Of a stretch of DNA of 64,000 nucleotides, positions 40,157-49,735 are shown piece by piece. This stretch comes from Candidatus Hydrogenedentota bacterium. GTDB lineage: Bacteria > Hydrogenedentota > Hydrogenedentia > Hydrogenedentales > SLHB01. The stretch is from the NCBI GenBank assembly GCA_963668025.2, contig CAXXTH010000019.1, positions 1 through 64,000 on the forward strand, written 5' to 3'. The position numbers and the translations under genes are program-made. Positions within the stretch are counted from its first letter, which is position 1; the number at the start of each line of letters is the position of its first letter. Under the pieces are notes generated by a model, which saw only the letters and a program-made list of their open reading frames with translations, was not told where the DNA came from and made no database searches.

Positions 40157-40221
40157 GGCCTCAAGAGGCGCAAAAAACGCAAAATCAATTCATTTTTGTG
40201 TCTTTTGCGCCTTTTGTGGCT
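40157..40221. repeat. Palindromic intergenic repeat (family C)
   Basis: GGCCTCAAGAGGCGCAAAAAACGCAAAA...TTTTGTGTCTTTTGCGCCTTTTGTGGCT; similar to 55163-55231. Confidence 0.75.
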
Positions 40222-40286
40222 CATTATCAGGAAATGTCAGGAAATGTGGGGAGTGGCGTTTCAGATAGGTTTGGACAAACAAACAC

Positions 40287-41815
40287 GTAACACTTTAGCC
40301 GTCTGGCGCAACTATAAGTAGCGTTTCGGTATAATATAGTTACAAGATGTTGTGGTTTTGGGCCAAGACGCCATGATGACGGCAATAAGTGGCATTCCCA
40401 TTGGGACCGCTGCTCTCGGAGGAGCAAGCCCGTGCAATCTATGCATTGGGCGAAGATGCCGTGGTGTTTGCCCTGTTGGCGCAATCCAAGCTGCTGTCGG
40501 AGCAGCAGGCCGAGGCGGCGTCCACTTCCCACCAAACGCCCTCCACCCCTTCGGGCATGCAGCCAGTTTACGGGAAACCCCAGACGCCTGTGCGCGGCAA
40601 GAAAAAGCCGGGACGCAAAATGGGCCACCCCGGCAGCCGCCGCGTGCCGCCCGAGCGCGTCGACCGGCGCGAAACACACCGCGCCAAGGTGTGTCCCGAC
40701 TGCGGCGGGCCGCTGGACCGCTGCACGGAAACCCGCACGCGTTACACTGAAGACATCCCCGAAGACATCCGCTCGGAAGTCACCGAACATACCATTCACC
40801 GCGATTGGTGTCCGCGATGCAAGAAGAAAGTCGAACCGGTCGTAACGGCGGCTTTGCCAGGCGCGACCCTGGGCAACCGGGTGCTCGTCCTCAGCGCGTG
40901 GCTGCACTATATGTTGGGCAACACGCTCTCGCAAATCGTGGAGGTCTTCGATTTCCACCTGCTTTTCCAGGTCACGCCGGGCGGGCTGCTGCACATGTGG
41001 CGACGGCTGGCGGAGGTTCTCTTGCCTTGGTACGAGGCCATTCACCAAGAGGCGCTGAACTCGGCGGTGCTCAACGCCGACGAGACCGGCTGGCGCGTGA
41101 ATGGCAAGACCCGATGGCTGTGGTGTTTCGCCACCAAAGGGCTGAGCTTTTTCTTGATCGACCATTCGCGGGGGAGTCCGGCGCTGCAGCAATTCTTCAC
41201 GCAGGAGTTCGCTGGAACGCTGGTCGCCGACTTCTGGGCCGCGTACAACGCCGTGGCGTGCGCCGCCCGGCAGAAGTGCCTGGTGCATCTGTTGCGTGAA
41301 CTCGAACACGTGGAGAAATACAAGTCGCCCAGTCCGGCCTGGCCCGCCTTCGCCAAGAAGCTGCGCCGCCTGGTTGGCGACGCCATCCGCCTGCGGCGGC
41401 GGCGCGGCGAACTCGAACCGGAGGCGTACGAATCGCGCCGTGGCTGCATTGTCCGGCGCTTGCGGGAATTGTGCGATACGCCGTGGGAAGACGCCAACGC
41501 CAAGCGCCTCATCAAGCGGCTGCGCCGACACCAGGATGAACTCTTCACTTTTCTCGGCCAATCCGATGTTCCCTTCGACAACAACCTGGCGGAACGCTCC
41601 ATCCGTCCCGCCGTGATCCTGCGCAAGAACAGTTACTGCAACCGCAGCGACCAAGGCGCCGCCATACAAGCGGTGCTCATGAGCGTCTTTTTTACCCTGA
41701 AAAAGCGCGGGCAAAATCCCGTCAGCACCGTCTGCGCCGCCCTCGTCCACTACCTCAAGACCGGCCAATTGCCTCCCCTGCCACCGGAAAACCTGCCAAT
41801 CGGCTAAAGTGTTAC
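40287..41815 (+). mobile_element. IS66-family element, single-ORF (ISBst12-like), 1529 bp
   Basis: Perfect 15-bp IRs GTAACACTTTAGCCG; flanks ACAAACAC/TAAAACAC match at only 6 of 8 positions. Confidence 0.92.
40389..41807 (+). CDS. IS66 transposase TnpC
   Basis: TPSTPS...KKPG.K.GHPG, CPDCG/CPRC zinc finger, ADETGW, VADFWAAY, QKCLVHLLRE, DNNLAERSIRP. Confidence 0.94.
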   Translation: MAFPLGPLLSEEQARAIYALGEDAVVFALLAQSKLLSEQQAEAASTSHQTPSTPSGMQPVYGKPQTPVRGKKKPGRKMGHPGSRRVPPERVDRRETHRAKVCPDCGGPLDRCTETRTRYTEDIPEDIRSEVTEHTIHRDWCPRCKKKVEPVVTAALPGATLGNRVLVLSAWLHYMLGNTLSQIVEVFDFHLLFQVTPGGLLHMWRRLAEVLLPWYEAIHQEALNSAVLNADETGWRVNGKTRWLWCFATKGLSFFLIDHSRGSPALQQFFTQEFAGTLVADFWAAYNAVACAARQKCLVHLLRELEHVEKYKSPSPAWPAFAKKLRRLVGDAIRLRRRRGELEPEAYESRRGCIVRRLRELCDTPWEDANAKRLIKRLRRHQDELFTFLGQSDVPFDNNLAERSIRPAVILRKNSYCNRSDQGAAIQAVLMSVFFTLKKRGQNPVSTVCAALVHYLKTGQLPPLPPENLPIG

Positions 41816-41889
41816 TAAAACACAAATACTCTGACGAGAGGAAAAAGCACTGCTTTTTTAATGTGATCGTCCTGGAGCTGGCCCAAATT

Positions 41890-41918
41890 TTGTGCATTCC
41901 TGCTCCCTCTGATACATT
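41890..41918 (+). promoter_or_regulatory. Putative sigma70 promoter of the IS1634-like gene
   Basis: TTGTGC-N17-TACATT with extended TG, followed by GGAGGAGG RBS. Confidence 0.5.
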
Positions 41919-41935
41919 GAAATGGAGGAGGGGGC

Positions 41936-43531
41936 ATGTTTGTACGAACGAAAAAACGCGGCGACAGCAGTTATGTATCGATTGTCAAGAACCAGCGGGT
42001 GGATGGGAAAATAATCCAAACCGTCATTGCTTCACTGGGGCGGCTGGATCACCTGGGGGTATCCGGCGAACTGGAAGGGCTATACCGTTCACTTCAACGC
42101 TTCATAGAAAATCCAGAAGCCCAGGAAGCGCCTGCATCCTCCGCAAAAGAGGCTCCCCCCATAACGGTATTGGACGCACATTCCACAGGAGTCCAACATG
42201 CGTTTGCCGCGTTATGGCGCGGCGCCGGTTTGGACCGCTTGTTTGACGGGAAGGCCCCGAACCAGGCGGGGCTGCCTGCGGCATTTGGACAGGCCGTATA
42301 CGCCCACACGCGGGATCAGTTTACCGGAGAACAACACATCCTTCATGACCTCGTGGAGCGCTACCGCGCCCTGGGGGCGCTTGGCCGTCCCATCGCCCAG
42401 CCAAGCGAGCGCGCGAATGGGCTTCCTCCCGGCGTCAAAGCCGCCAGCGCCTCCGTGCAGTATGTTCATGAAACATTGGAGCAAGCATTTCTTCAACATC
42501 GAGTTTCGCAACAGCCAGACGGCATGCGAGGCGTTTTTTTATGTCCCGTTCCGCTGGCGCTGGAAAATACGGGAACTGCTCATCCAAATGGACGCCTTGC
42601 GCTCGTACTGGCGTTTGATTTGGACGGCTGGCCCTTGGGCGTACGGGCGTATCCTGGGGGCGCTACGCTGCGGCGCGACCTGGAAGGTTTCGCACGCCAT
42701 TTCCAACAAGCATATGGCGCACGCCAGATCGGCCTGGCCGAAGCGGAGCCTGGCTATGGGCTTGGGCCATCTTTAACAGGCGGCGCATACATCCATGCGG
42801 AGCCGTTGCGCCATTCTCATGCTCCAAACCGGGGCGGGCTGGCCCGGCTCACTTCCTTCACCTCGCTGGCCAGTGCGCCATTTGGCGCACACTGGGCCTG
42901 GGCGGAGAGGATTTCAGAAGGAAACCGCTGGCTTCTTGCCTTTGATGAAACGCTTGCCGCACAAGAGGCGCTTGAACGCCAGGCGAACATGGCGGCGCTT
43001 CAAGACGCCTTGGATGCAGGCGATACGGCGTTCCTCCTCCATCCCCGGCGCAGGCCATGGGTGCGCGCTCATGGGACGCGCGTTTCCATCGATACGGAGC
43101 GCATGGCGGAAGATGTATTATATGACGGCAAGTGGCTTGTGCAAGGGCCGGAGGACTGGCCGGTCCGTGATGTTCAAACAGGTTTTATATGTGCATGCGA
43201 AGCGGCAGCGTTGTCAGCCCGCTTGTCGGCCTGCATGGGAAGGCATGCTTTGCTTCATGGCAGCGGCGCGGTGATACGCGGACAGGCCTTTTGCGCCTTT
43301 CTTGCGCTGTTCCTGCGCCGGGAGTTGATGGGCAAGCTTGCGAGCCAGGGCAATACAATGGCCTGGAATGAAGTGCGAGAAGCCTTGGACTCCCTAATCG
43401 AGGCAGGCGTGGTCCAGCAGGATCGCCGCAGGGTGCTCTATTCGGAACCAAACGCCATGGCGCTCGATGCCCTCAAGGCTTGCGGCGCGGCATGGCCTTT
43501 ACCGGAAGCAGCAGCGCTGGGGAGAACCTAG
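41936..43531 (+). CDS. IS1634-transposase-derived protein, apparently lacking the DDE triad
   Basis: MFVRTKK...YVSIV.NQRVDGKIIQTVIASLGRLD, YDGKW and IRGQAFCAFLALFLRREL are IS1634-like; the catalytic motifs are replaced. Confidence 0.8.
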   Translation: MFVRTKKRGDSSYVSIVKNQRVDGKIIQTVIASLGRLDHLGVSGELEGLYRSLQRFIENPEAQEAPASSAKEAPPITVLDAHSTGVQHAFAALWRGAGLDRLFDGKAPNQAGLPAAFGQAVYAHTRDQFTGEQHILHDLVERYRALGALGRPIAQPSERANGLPPGVKAASASVQYVHETLEQAFLQHRVSQQPDGMRGVFLCPVPLALENTGTAHPNGRLALVLAFDLDGWPLGVRAYPGGATLRRDLEGFARHFQQAYGARQIGLAEAEPGYGLGPSLTGGAYIHAEPLRHSHAPNRGGLARLTSFTSLASAPFGAHWAWAERISEGNRWLLAFDETLAAQEALERQANMAALQDALDAGDTAFLLHPRRRPWVRAHGTRVSIDTERMAEDVLYDGKWLVQGPEDWPVRDVQTGFICACEAAALSARLSACMGRHALLHGSGAVIRGQAFCAFLALFLRRELMGKLASQGNTMAWNEVREALDSLIEAGVVQQDRRRVLYSEPNAMALDALKACGAAWPLPEAAALGRT

Positions 43532-43546
43532 CCATTTCAGGAAGGG

Positions 43547-44563
43547 GTGACGCACATGACCAACCGTGAACGGGTGATTGCCAGCCTCCGGCATGAACAG
43601 CCGGATCGCACGCCATACCATATCGAGTTAACCTTCAAGGCGCGGGAACGGCTTATCGCTCATCCCAAAGGCCCCGAAGCCCTGGAGCGCCTCAGCAACT
43701 GCTGCTACAAACTCTCGACGGAAATACCAGGCCAGGCATGGCGGGAAGTGCGCCCGGATATCTGGGAAGACCAGTTCGGCGTGCGGTGGAACCGCTCGGT
43801 CGATAAAGATATCGGCGTTGTGTGCAACCAGGTGGTCCGCGAAGACAACTTGGAATCCTATGTGTTTCCTGATCCCCATGATGCGGAGCGCTGGGAGTGG
43901 TATCCAGACGCCATCGCTGTCAGCGCTGGGCGTTTCGTGCTGCCGGAACTGGGCTTCAGCCTGTTCGAGCGGGCGTGGACGCTGTATGGCATGGAAAACC
44001 TGCTGGTCGCCATGGCGTCGAATCCTTCCTTCGCCCATAAGCTCTTCGACCGTATTCTCGAATACAACCTGGCCATTATCGGGCATGCCTGCTCGTACGC
44101 TATTGACGGCATGGAGTTTGGCGATGACTGGGGTTCGCAAAGCGGCCTCATCATGGGCGCGGAGCTTTGGCGTGAATTCATCGGCCCCCGCGTGCGCCAG
44201 ATGTACCAGGCGGTGCATGCGCACGGCAAATACGTCTTCATCCATAGCTGCGGCAAAGTGGATGAATTGTTCTCCGACCTGATCGAATCCGGGCTGGACT
44301 GCTTCAATCCCTTCCAGCCGGAAGTCATGGACCCATTCGAGATGAAACGGCGGTACGGCGCGCGCCTGAGTTTCTGGGGCGGCGTCAGCACCCAGCGCAC
44401 GCTCCCCTATGCCTCGGAAGAAGCGGTCAAAGAAGAAGTGCGGCGTTTGCTGCGCGAGGTAGGCAAAGACGGCGGCTACATCGCCGCACCTGCCCACGCG
44501 GCACCCGGCGACGCCAAACCGGAAAATATTATCGCCATGATCGAAGCGCTGACGGAGCAATGA
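43547..44563 (+). CDS. Uroporphyrinogen decarboxylase / MtaA-CmuA methyltransferase superfamily protein
   Basis: MTNRERV..SL.HEQPDR.P, GDDWG.Q, FIHSCG, FWGGVSTQ, GGYIAAPAH. Confidence 0.85.
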   Translation: MTHMTNRERVIASLRHEQPDRTPYHIELTFKARERLIAHPKGPEALERLSNCCYKLSTEIPGQAWREVRPDIWEDQFGVRWNRSVDKDIGVVCNQVVREDNLESYVFPDPHDAERWEWYPDAIAVSAGRFVLPELGFSLFERAWTLYGMENLLVAMASNPSFAHKLFDRILEYNLAIIGHACSYAIDGMEFGDDWGSQSGLIMGAELWREFIGPRVRQMYQAVHAHGKYVFIHSCGKVDELFSDLIESGLDCFNPFQPEVMDPFEMKRRYGARLSFWGGVSTQRTLPYASEEAVKEEVRRLLREVGKDGGYIAAPAHAAPGDAKPENIIAMIEALTEQ

Positions 44564-44566
44564 ATT

Positions 44567-44629
44567 GCAGGGTGGGACTTGCCCAGCCGTTTATAGCGGA
44601 ACGCTACGGTGGGGCAAGCCCCACCCTAC
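44567..44629. repeat. REP-like doublet (family A)
   Basis: GCAGGGTGGGACTTGCCCAGCC ... GGTGGGGCAAGCCCCACCCTAC; the right unit is identical to 59043-59064. Confidence 0.85.
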
Positions 44630-44715
44630 GGGACTTTTACCATAAAAATGAACAATACAAATCACTAGAGCGATTCAAGATTGGATATAACGATGAAAAT
44701 GGATTCTACTTTACC

Positions 44716-44763
44716 GTAGCATGGGCGTCCCGGCCATGCGCATGGGCGGGACGCCCATGCTAC
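44716..44763. repeat. REP-like doublet (family B)
   Basis: GTAGCATGGGCGTCCCGGCCATG-cg-CATGGGCGGGACGCCCATGCTAC; GTAG tetranucleotide plus hairpin. Confidence 0.85.
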
Positions 44764-44811
44764 ATCGCCTGAAATCTTCTTCGGACTGTACGGGTCTTAA
44801 CAGGAAAACTT

Positions 44812-46650
44812 ATGCACTATCTAGCTATAGACGGCGGCAGCACGGCCACCCGGGCCGGGCTGTATTCGGAATCCGTGGAATTGCTCACGGAAGCCGAAGG
44901 GCCGCCCAGCAATCCGCTGGCGTACGGCGCTGATGCCTGTATCGAGGTAATCCGCGAATTGGCGGCTCAACTGGGTGTGCTAGCCAGTCCACATCCGCTA
45001 CGCGTGGCGGCGGGTATCTCCGGGGCGTCGAAGCCCTCGATACGCGACGCCCTCGCGCCGGTGTTATGCGCCGCATTACATGCGGATTGGGCCGTCGTGA
45101 CGGATGATTTGCGGCCTATTTTGTACGCCAATGTAGGGGAAGGCCCAGGAGCCGTCGTGGTGGCGGGCACGGGTTCGAGCGTGGTAGCCCAAGCGGCAGG
45201 CGGCCAGACGCTTCTCGCCGGTGGGCGCGGGGCGGTTTTTGGCGATGATGGCGGGGCCTACGCCTTGGCGGTGGCCGGTTTGCGCGCCGCCGCGGACGCC
45301 ATAGATGGTATAGGGCCAAATACGGCGCTGGCGGCTGCATTGCTGGCGGGAGCGAAACTCGCCCAGTTCTCGGAATTGCCCGCGTGGACGTTGAACGCAT
45401 CAAAACGGGAAATCGCATCCCTTGCGCGAGTGGTGTTGGATTGCGCGTCGCAAGGCGATGCGCTGGCTAAACAGTGCGCCGATGAACAAGCGGAGCGCCT
45501 CGCCGCACAAGCAGCCGCCGCGCACCGGCGGCTGGCATTGCCGCCAAACACGCCTTTTTTACTACATGGCGGGCTTTTCGAGCATGCGCCCGAATACCGG
45601 GATGCTTTCACGCATGCGCTCGAACGGCTGATGCCAAACGCGGCCATCCGCGTTCCTGGCTTGCGCGGCCATCGCGCGGCAGCCGAACTGGCGCGGACAG
45701 CAGAATTGCCCGGCTGGTTCCTGGGCAGCGCGGCGCGGCGCGGTGATCTGCCCGAGAAGAGCGAACTGCCGCCCACGGAAATGCGCGCCACTAGCCATCC
45801 GCCACTCGACCGGTTAAGCGCGTTGGAAATCGTCCATGCGATGAACCGGGAAGACCACCGGGCCGTCGAGGCTGTCGCGCATGAAGCAAACATCATTGCA
45901 AAAGTCATCGAGCGCGTGGCGGCGGCGTTTCGCGCGGGTGGGCGGCTCATCTATATGGGTGCGGGCACCAGTGGGCGGCTGGGCGTGCTGGACGCATCGG
46001 AATGCCCGCCCACGTTCGGCGTGCCGCCGGAACTGGTCATCGGCATGATCGCCGGGGGCGACAACGCCTTGCGAAAGAGCATAGAAGGCGCGGAGGATAA
46101 TCCCGCTGAAGCGGTGGCGTCCATCGAAGCTTTATCGCCGCCCATCGGCCCGAACGATGTGCTGGTAGGCATCGCCGCCTCGGGCACGACGCCTTATGTC
46201 CTTGGCGCATTGGCGTATGCGGAGGCGCGTGGCGCGGAGCCGGTGCTTTTGTGCTGCAATCCCGCACAGCGGGGTGCGGCGCGGATGGTTATCGCCCTCG
46301 ATACGGGCCCAGAAGCTCTCACCGGCTCGACGCGCCTCAAAGCAGGCACCGCCACGAAACTGGTATTGAACATGATTACGACGGGAGCTATGGCGCGTTC
46401 CGGCTACATATATGAAGGCTTGATGGTGCGGGTGCGCCCTGTGAACGCGAAGCTGCGCCAACGTGCAGCCCGGATCACCGCCACACTGGCAGGCATGGAC
46501 GAAGAAACCGCTGGCGCATTGCTCGAACGTGCGGACGGCGAGATTGGCGTTGCGGTGCTCATGGCCCTGCGGAGATTGTCCGTGGAGGATGCCACGGAGC
46601 GCTTCGCCCGATGCGGCTATGACCTTCGCGCCGCACTGGATGTTTTGTAA
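44812..46650 (+). CDS. murQ: Fusion of BadF-type amino-sugar kinase (MurK/NAGK-like) and MurNAc-6-P etherase MurQ
   Basis: IDGGST.T, AGTGS, GG.G..FGDDGG (kinase); GAGTSGRLGVLDASECPPTFG, AASGTTPYV, GSTRLKAGTA (MurQ). Confidence 0.9.
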   Translation: MHYLAIDGGSTATRAGLYSESVELLTEAEGPPSNPLAYGADACIEVIRELAAQLGVLASPHPLRVAAGISGASKPSIRDALAPVLCAALHADWAVVTDDLRPILYANVGEGPGAVVVAGTGSSVVAQAAGGQTLLAGGRGAVFGDDGGAYALAVAGLRAAADAIDGIGPNTALAAALLAGAKLAQFSELPAWTLNASKREIASLARVVLDCASQGDALAKQCADEQAERLAAQAAAAHRRLALPPNTPFLLHGGLFEHAPEYRDAFTHALERLMPNAAIRVPGLRGHRAAAELARTAELPGWFLGSAARRGDLPEKSELPPTEMRATSHPPLDRLSALEIVHAMNREDHRAVEAVAHEANIIAKVIERVAAAFRAGGRLIYMGAGTSGRLGVLDASECPPTFGVPPELVIGMIAGGDNALRKSIEGAEDNPAEAVASIEALSPPIGPNDVLVGIAASGTTPYVLGALAYAEARGAEPVLLCCNPAQRGAARMVIALDTGPEALTGSTRLKAGTATKLVLNMITTGAMARSGYIYEGLMVRVRPVNAKLRQRAARITATLAGMDEETAGALLERADGEIGVAVLMALRRLSVEDATERFARCGYDLRAALDVL

Positions 46651-46963
46651 ATCGGACAGGCCAACCACAGCTAGAATGGATACAAATCACAAGCCAGTTG
46701 ACTGGCTCGTTTAGCAGCCACGGAACTCACAGGAGTTTACCTGTTTATCTTTTAAGTCTCTTGTACTACTATTTTTGCAAATCGCGGAAAAAATAGAGTT
46801 GTATTATACTTGATATTTTACAACTCGATATAGACGGGCATTTTCAGCGCAGAAGCGCGGAGAACGCGGAGCTCCGCCTATATCCGAATGGCGAAATCAC
46901 AATATCATTGAAACCATATCGAGATGATTCATTCGCAGTCATTGAATATGTGGAGAACAATAC

Positions 46964-48103
46964 ATGAGCAGCGATTATATCCCCTTCAACCGGCCTTGCT
47001 TCGAGGGTAAAGAACTGGCGTATATCACCGAGGCGGTCGGCAGCGGCAAGATCTCGGGCGATGGGGCCTTTACGCGCAAGTGCGAGTCGTTTCTCGCGGA
47101 AAAGCTGGGCGTTTTAAAAGCGCTGCTCACCACCTCCTGCACGGACGCCCTCGAAATGGCCGCTATCCTCGCACGCATCGAGCTGGGCGACGAAGTGATT
47201 GTGCCGTCGTTCACCTTCGTCTCGACGATCAATGCCTTTGTCTTGCGGGGATGCACACCCGTGTTCATCGATTCCCGCCCCGACACGTTGAACATGGACG
47301 AGGCCCAACTCGATGCCCTTATCACGCCACGCACCAAAGCCATCGTGCCGGTCCACTATGCGGGCGTGGGATGTGAGATGGACATGATTCTGCCGCTCGC
47401 CGCCCGCCATGGCATTCCCGTGATCGAGGACAACGCGGGGGGGCTGTTGGGCAAGTACCGGGGCCGTTATTTAGGCTCGCTGGGCCATATGGCCACGCAG
47501 AGCTTCCATGAAACGAAAAATTTCACTTGCGGCGAGGGCGGCGCGCTGCTCATCAACGATCCAGCCCTTATCGAGCGGGCGGAGATCATCCGCGAAAAAG
47601 GCACCAACCGTAGCCAGTTCTTTCGCGGGCAAGTGGATAAATATTCCTGGGTGGATGTCGGTTCGAGTTTTTTGCCTTCGGATGTCGTGGCGGCATTTCT
47701 GTACGCCCAGCTCGAATTCCATGAACGCATCCAAGCCAAGCGCAGACAGGTATGGGACGCCTACCAAACCGGCCTGGCGGATTGGGCGCTCGAGCAGGGC
47801 GTGCGCCTGCCCATCATTCCAAGCCATTGCGAGCAGTCGTACCACATGTTTTATATGCTCATGCCTTCGCTGGACGCCCGGCAACGGTTAATCGCCCATC
47901 TCGGCGCACGGAACATATTAGCCGTGTTCCACTATCTCCCGCTGCACCTCTCTACCATGGGCCAGCGCTACGGGGGGCGTGTGGGCCAGTGCCCCGTGGC
48001 GGAAGATGTGAGCGACCGCCTCATCCGGCTGCCGTTCTATAATGACCTGCCCATTGAAGACCAATGCCGCGTGATCGATGCTGTCCAGGATTTCCGGACA
48101 TGA
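46964..48103 (+). CDS. wecE: dTDP-4-amino-4,6-dideoxygalactose transaminase (DegT/DnrJ family)
   Basis: IPFNRP, TTSCTDALEM, SFHETKNFTCGEGG, REKGTNRSQFFRGQVDKY. Confidence 0.93.
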   Translation: MSSDYIPFNRPCFEGKELAYITEAVGSGKISGDGAFTRKCESFLAEKLGVLKALLTTSCTDALEMAAILARIELGDEVIVPSFTFVSTINAFVLRGCTPVFIDSRPDTLNMDEAQLDALITPRTKAIVPVHYAGVGCEMDMILPLAARHGIPVIEDNAGGLLGKYRGRYLGSLGHMATQSFHETKNFTCGEGGALLINDPALIERAEIIREKGTNRSQFFRGQVDKYSWVDVGSSFLPSDVVAAFLYAQLEFHERIQAKRRQVWDAYQTGLADWALEQGVRLPIIPSHCEQSYHMFYMLMPSLDARQRLIAHLGARNILAVFHYLPLHLSTMGQRYGGRVGQCPVAEDVSDRLIRLPFYNDLPIEDQCRVIDAVQDFRT

Positions 48104-48195
48104 TGCGTCCATATTGACAGGGGCCTATGCCGATCTGCGATACTGCAAGAAAGGTCGGATGCCTCTGAATATAACCCAAATAAAGGAATATACAT

Positions 48196-48696
48196 ATGAA
48201 ACTTGTTGCGTTTAAGGAACTCAGCCTGGAAGGTTTCCTTCCGTATGGCGCGTATGTGAACCTAATCAATCCATCGACGGAGAAGATCGGCGAGGAGCCG
48301 ATAGAGTTTTACCGCGATATGGCCTTGCTCGGACTTGGCGGCAACACGAGCGTTTCGTTTTCGATTTGCCATGTCCTCAAACGTGAGCCGGTCATAAACG
48401 TGATCGAATATCATACCGCGTGCGGCGAAGGCATTTTGCCAATCGATGGCGATGTCCTCATCCATGTCGCCCCCGCCACACCCAATGGCGTAGCGCCATT
48501 CGACCGCATTGAGGTTTTCCGGGCGCCGAAGGGCACGCTTGTGACCATCAAGCCCGGCGTATGGCATCATGCCCCCTTCGCTTATCAGTGCGACATAGTG
48601 AATACGCTCATTGTCCTCCCCGAACGCACGTACGCCCACGACTGCATAGTAGTCGAGATTCCAGAAAGTGAACACCTGAAGATTGAAGGGGCGTGA
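48196..48696 (+). CDS. Ureidoglycolate lyase (AllA)-like cupin
   Basis: F.PYG, EYH...E, PGVWHHAP. Confidence 0.75.
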   Translation: MKLVAFKELSLEGFLPYGAYVNLINPSTEKIGEEPIEFYRDMALLGLGGNTSVSFSICHVLKREPVINVIEYHTACGEGILPIDGDVLIHVAPATPNGVAPFDRIEVFRAPKGTLVTIKPGVWHHAPFAYQCDIVNTLIVLPERTYAHDCIVVEIPESEHLKIEGA

Positions 48697-48736
48697 CCGC
48701 CTAAACGAGCTTTATGCTGGGATTTTCCGCGCGGCG

Positions 48737-49675
48737 CTATGGTGTGTGCCGCGCGGAATCAATTGATTTTAACCAGGCGACGGCATCACCCACCACTTGA
48801 TTGAACATTTTCGGATCGAGGCCGATATGGTCGCCCGCATACCAGCGCTGTGATTTTGGTGCTTGTGCGGCGGCGAAAAGGGCTTCGGCGGCTTTCGTGG
48901 GGATAAGGGAATCATCGAGCCCATTCTGGAAGAACAGGGGGCGCGGGGCTATCCTCGCGATGCTTAGAATGGGATCGGCGGGTTTCATGAGCCACGCCGT
49001 GAGCATGCGCGCGGGATAATTCCATATGCCCAGCTCGTGATGCGCGGCTTGGCTATCGAGCAGAAGCGGCAGGCTGCCTCCTCCGTATACCAAGCCCATC
49101 GCTTGAATGCGCGAATCACCTGCTGCCGCAGTGGCGCCTACGATAGCGCCATAACTCGCCCCTAAGAGATAAATGCGGCTGGCATCTATATCTGGCCGCG
49201 TTTGCAGATAATCAACAAGCCTGCGCGTTTCCGCTACCGTAAGGGCGGGGCGCTGGCGGAATGCCATAGCGGAATCCCAAATATCCGGTTCTTTCAAAAC
49301 ACGAGAGCCGCACATAAGCTGGTCGAAGGTGGCCATGGCGAATCCGGCTTCAATAAAAGGCGGCGCAATGGCGTTGAGGAAATGACGGCCCTGATTGATG
49401 CCATGCAGGAAGACGACGCAAGGCGCGGGGCGCGAGGCGTCGGGCGGAAGCGCCAGCGCCGAAGGAATGGGCCCACAGGGCCCATCTATGGAAAAGAGAA
49501 CGTGATAATAGGCCCCGCGCATTTCATCGGATTCAAGGCGGAACGAAACAGGTTCTGTCGTGGCATACCCGTCAAAGTAATGCGTATCCGCGTTTGATTT
49601 CCACGCAAAAATGGCCACAATCGACAAAACAATGGCGATTGCGGCCAAAACACAAACCCACTTCAACATCCGCAT
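48737..49675 (-). CDS. Secreted/anchored alpha/beta hydrolase
   Basis: VFLHG, GASYG nucleophile elbow, DSLIP, GDH. Confidence 0.85.
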   Translation of the reverse strand: MRMLKWVCVLAAIAIVLSIVAIFAWKSNADTHYFDGYATTEPVSFRLESDEMRGAYYHVLFSIDGPCGPIPSALALPPDASRPAPCVVFLHGINQGRHFLNAIAPPFIEAGFAMATFDQLMCGSRVLKEPDIWDSAMAFRQRPALTVAETRRLVDYLQTRPDIDASRIYLLGASYGAIVGATAAAGDSRIQAMGLVYGGGSLPLLLDSQAAHHELGIWNYPARMLTAWLMKPADPILSIARIAPRPLFFQNGLDDSLIPTKAAEALFAAAQAPKSQRWYAGDHIGLDPKMFNQVVGDAVAWLKSIDSARHTP

Positions 49676-49735
49676 TACCTATTTATCCTGAATGAGCAGG
49701 CGCGATTTGCTCATGCTCGTTTGCGAGAAGCGACG

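Noticed and set aside
40227-41897. 556-aa minus-strand ORF over the IS66
   Set aside because: Antisense shadow of the GC-rich transposase; no recognisable motifs, and it crosses both IS ends.
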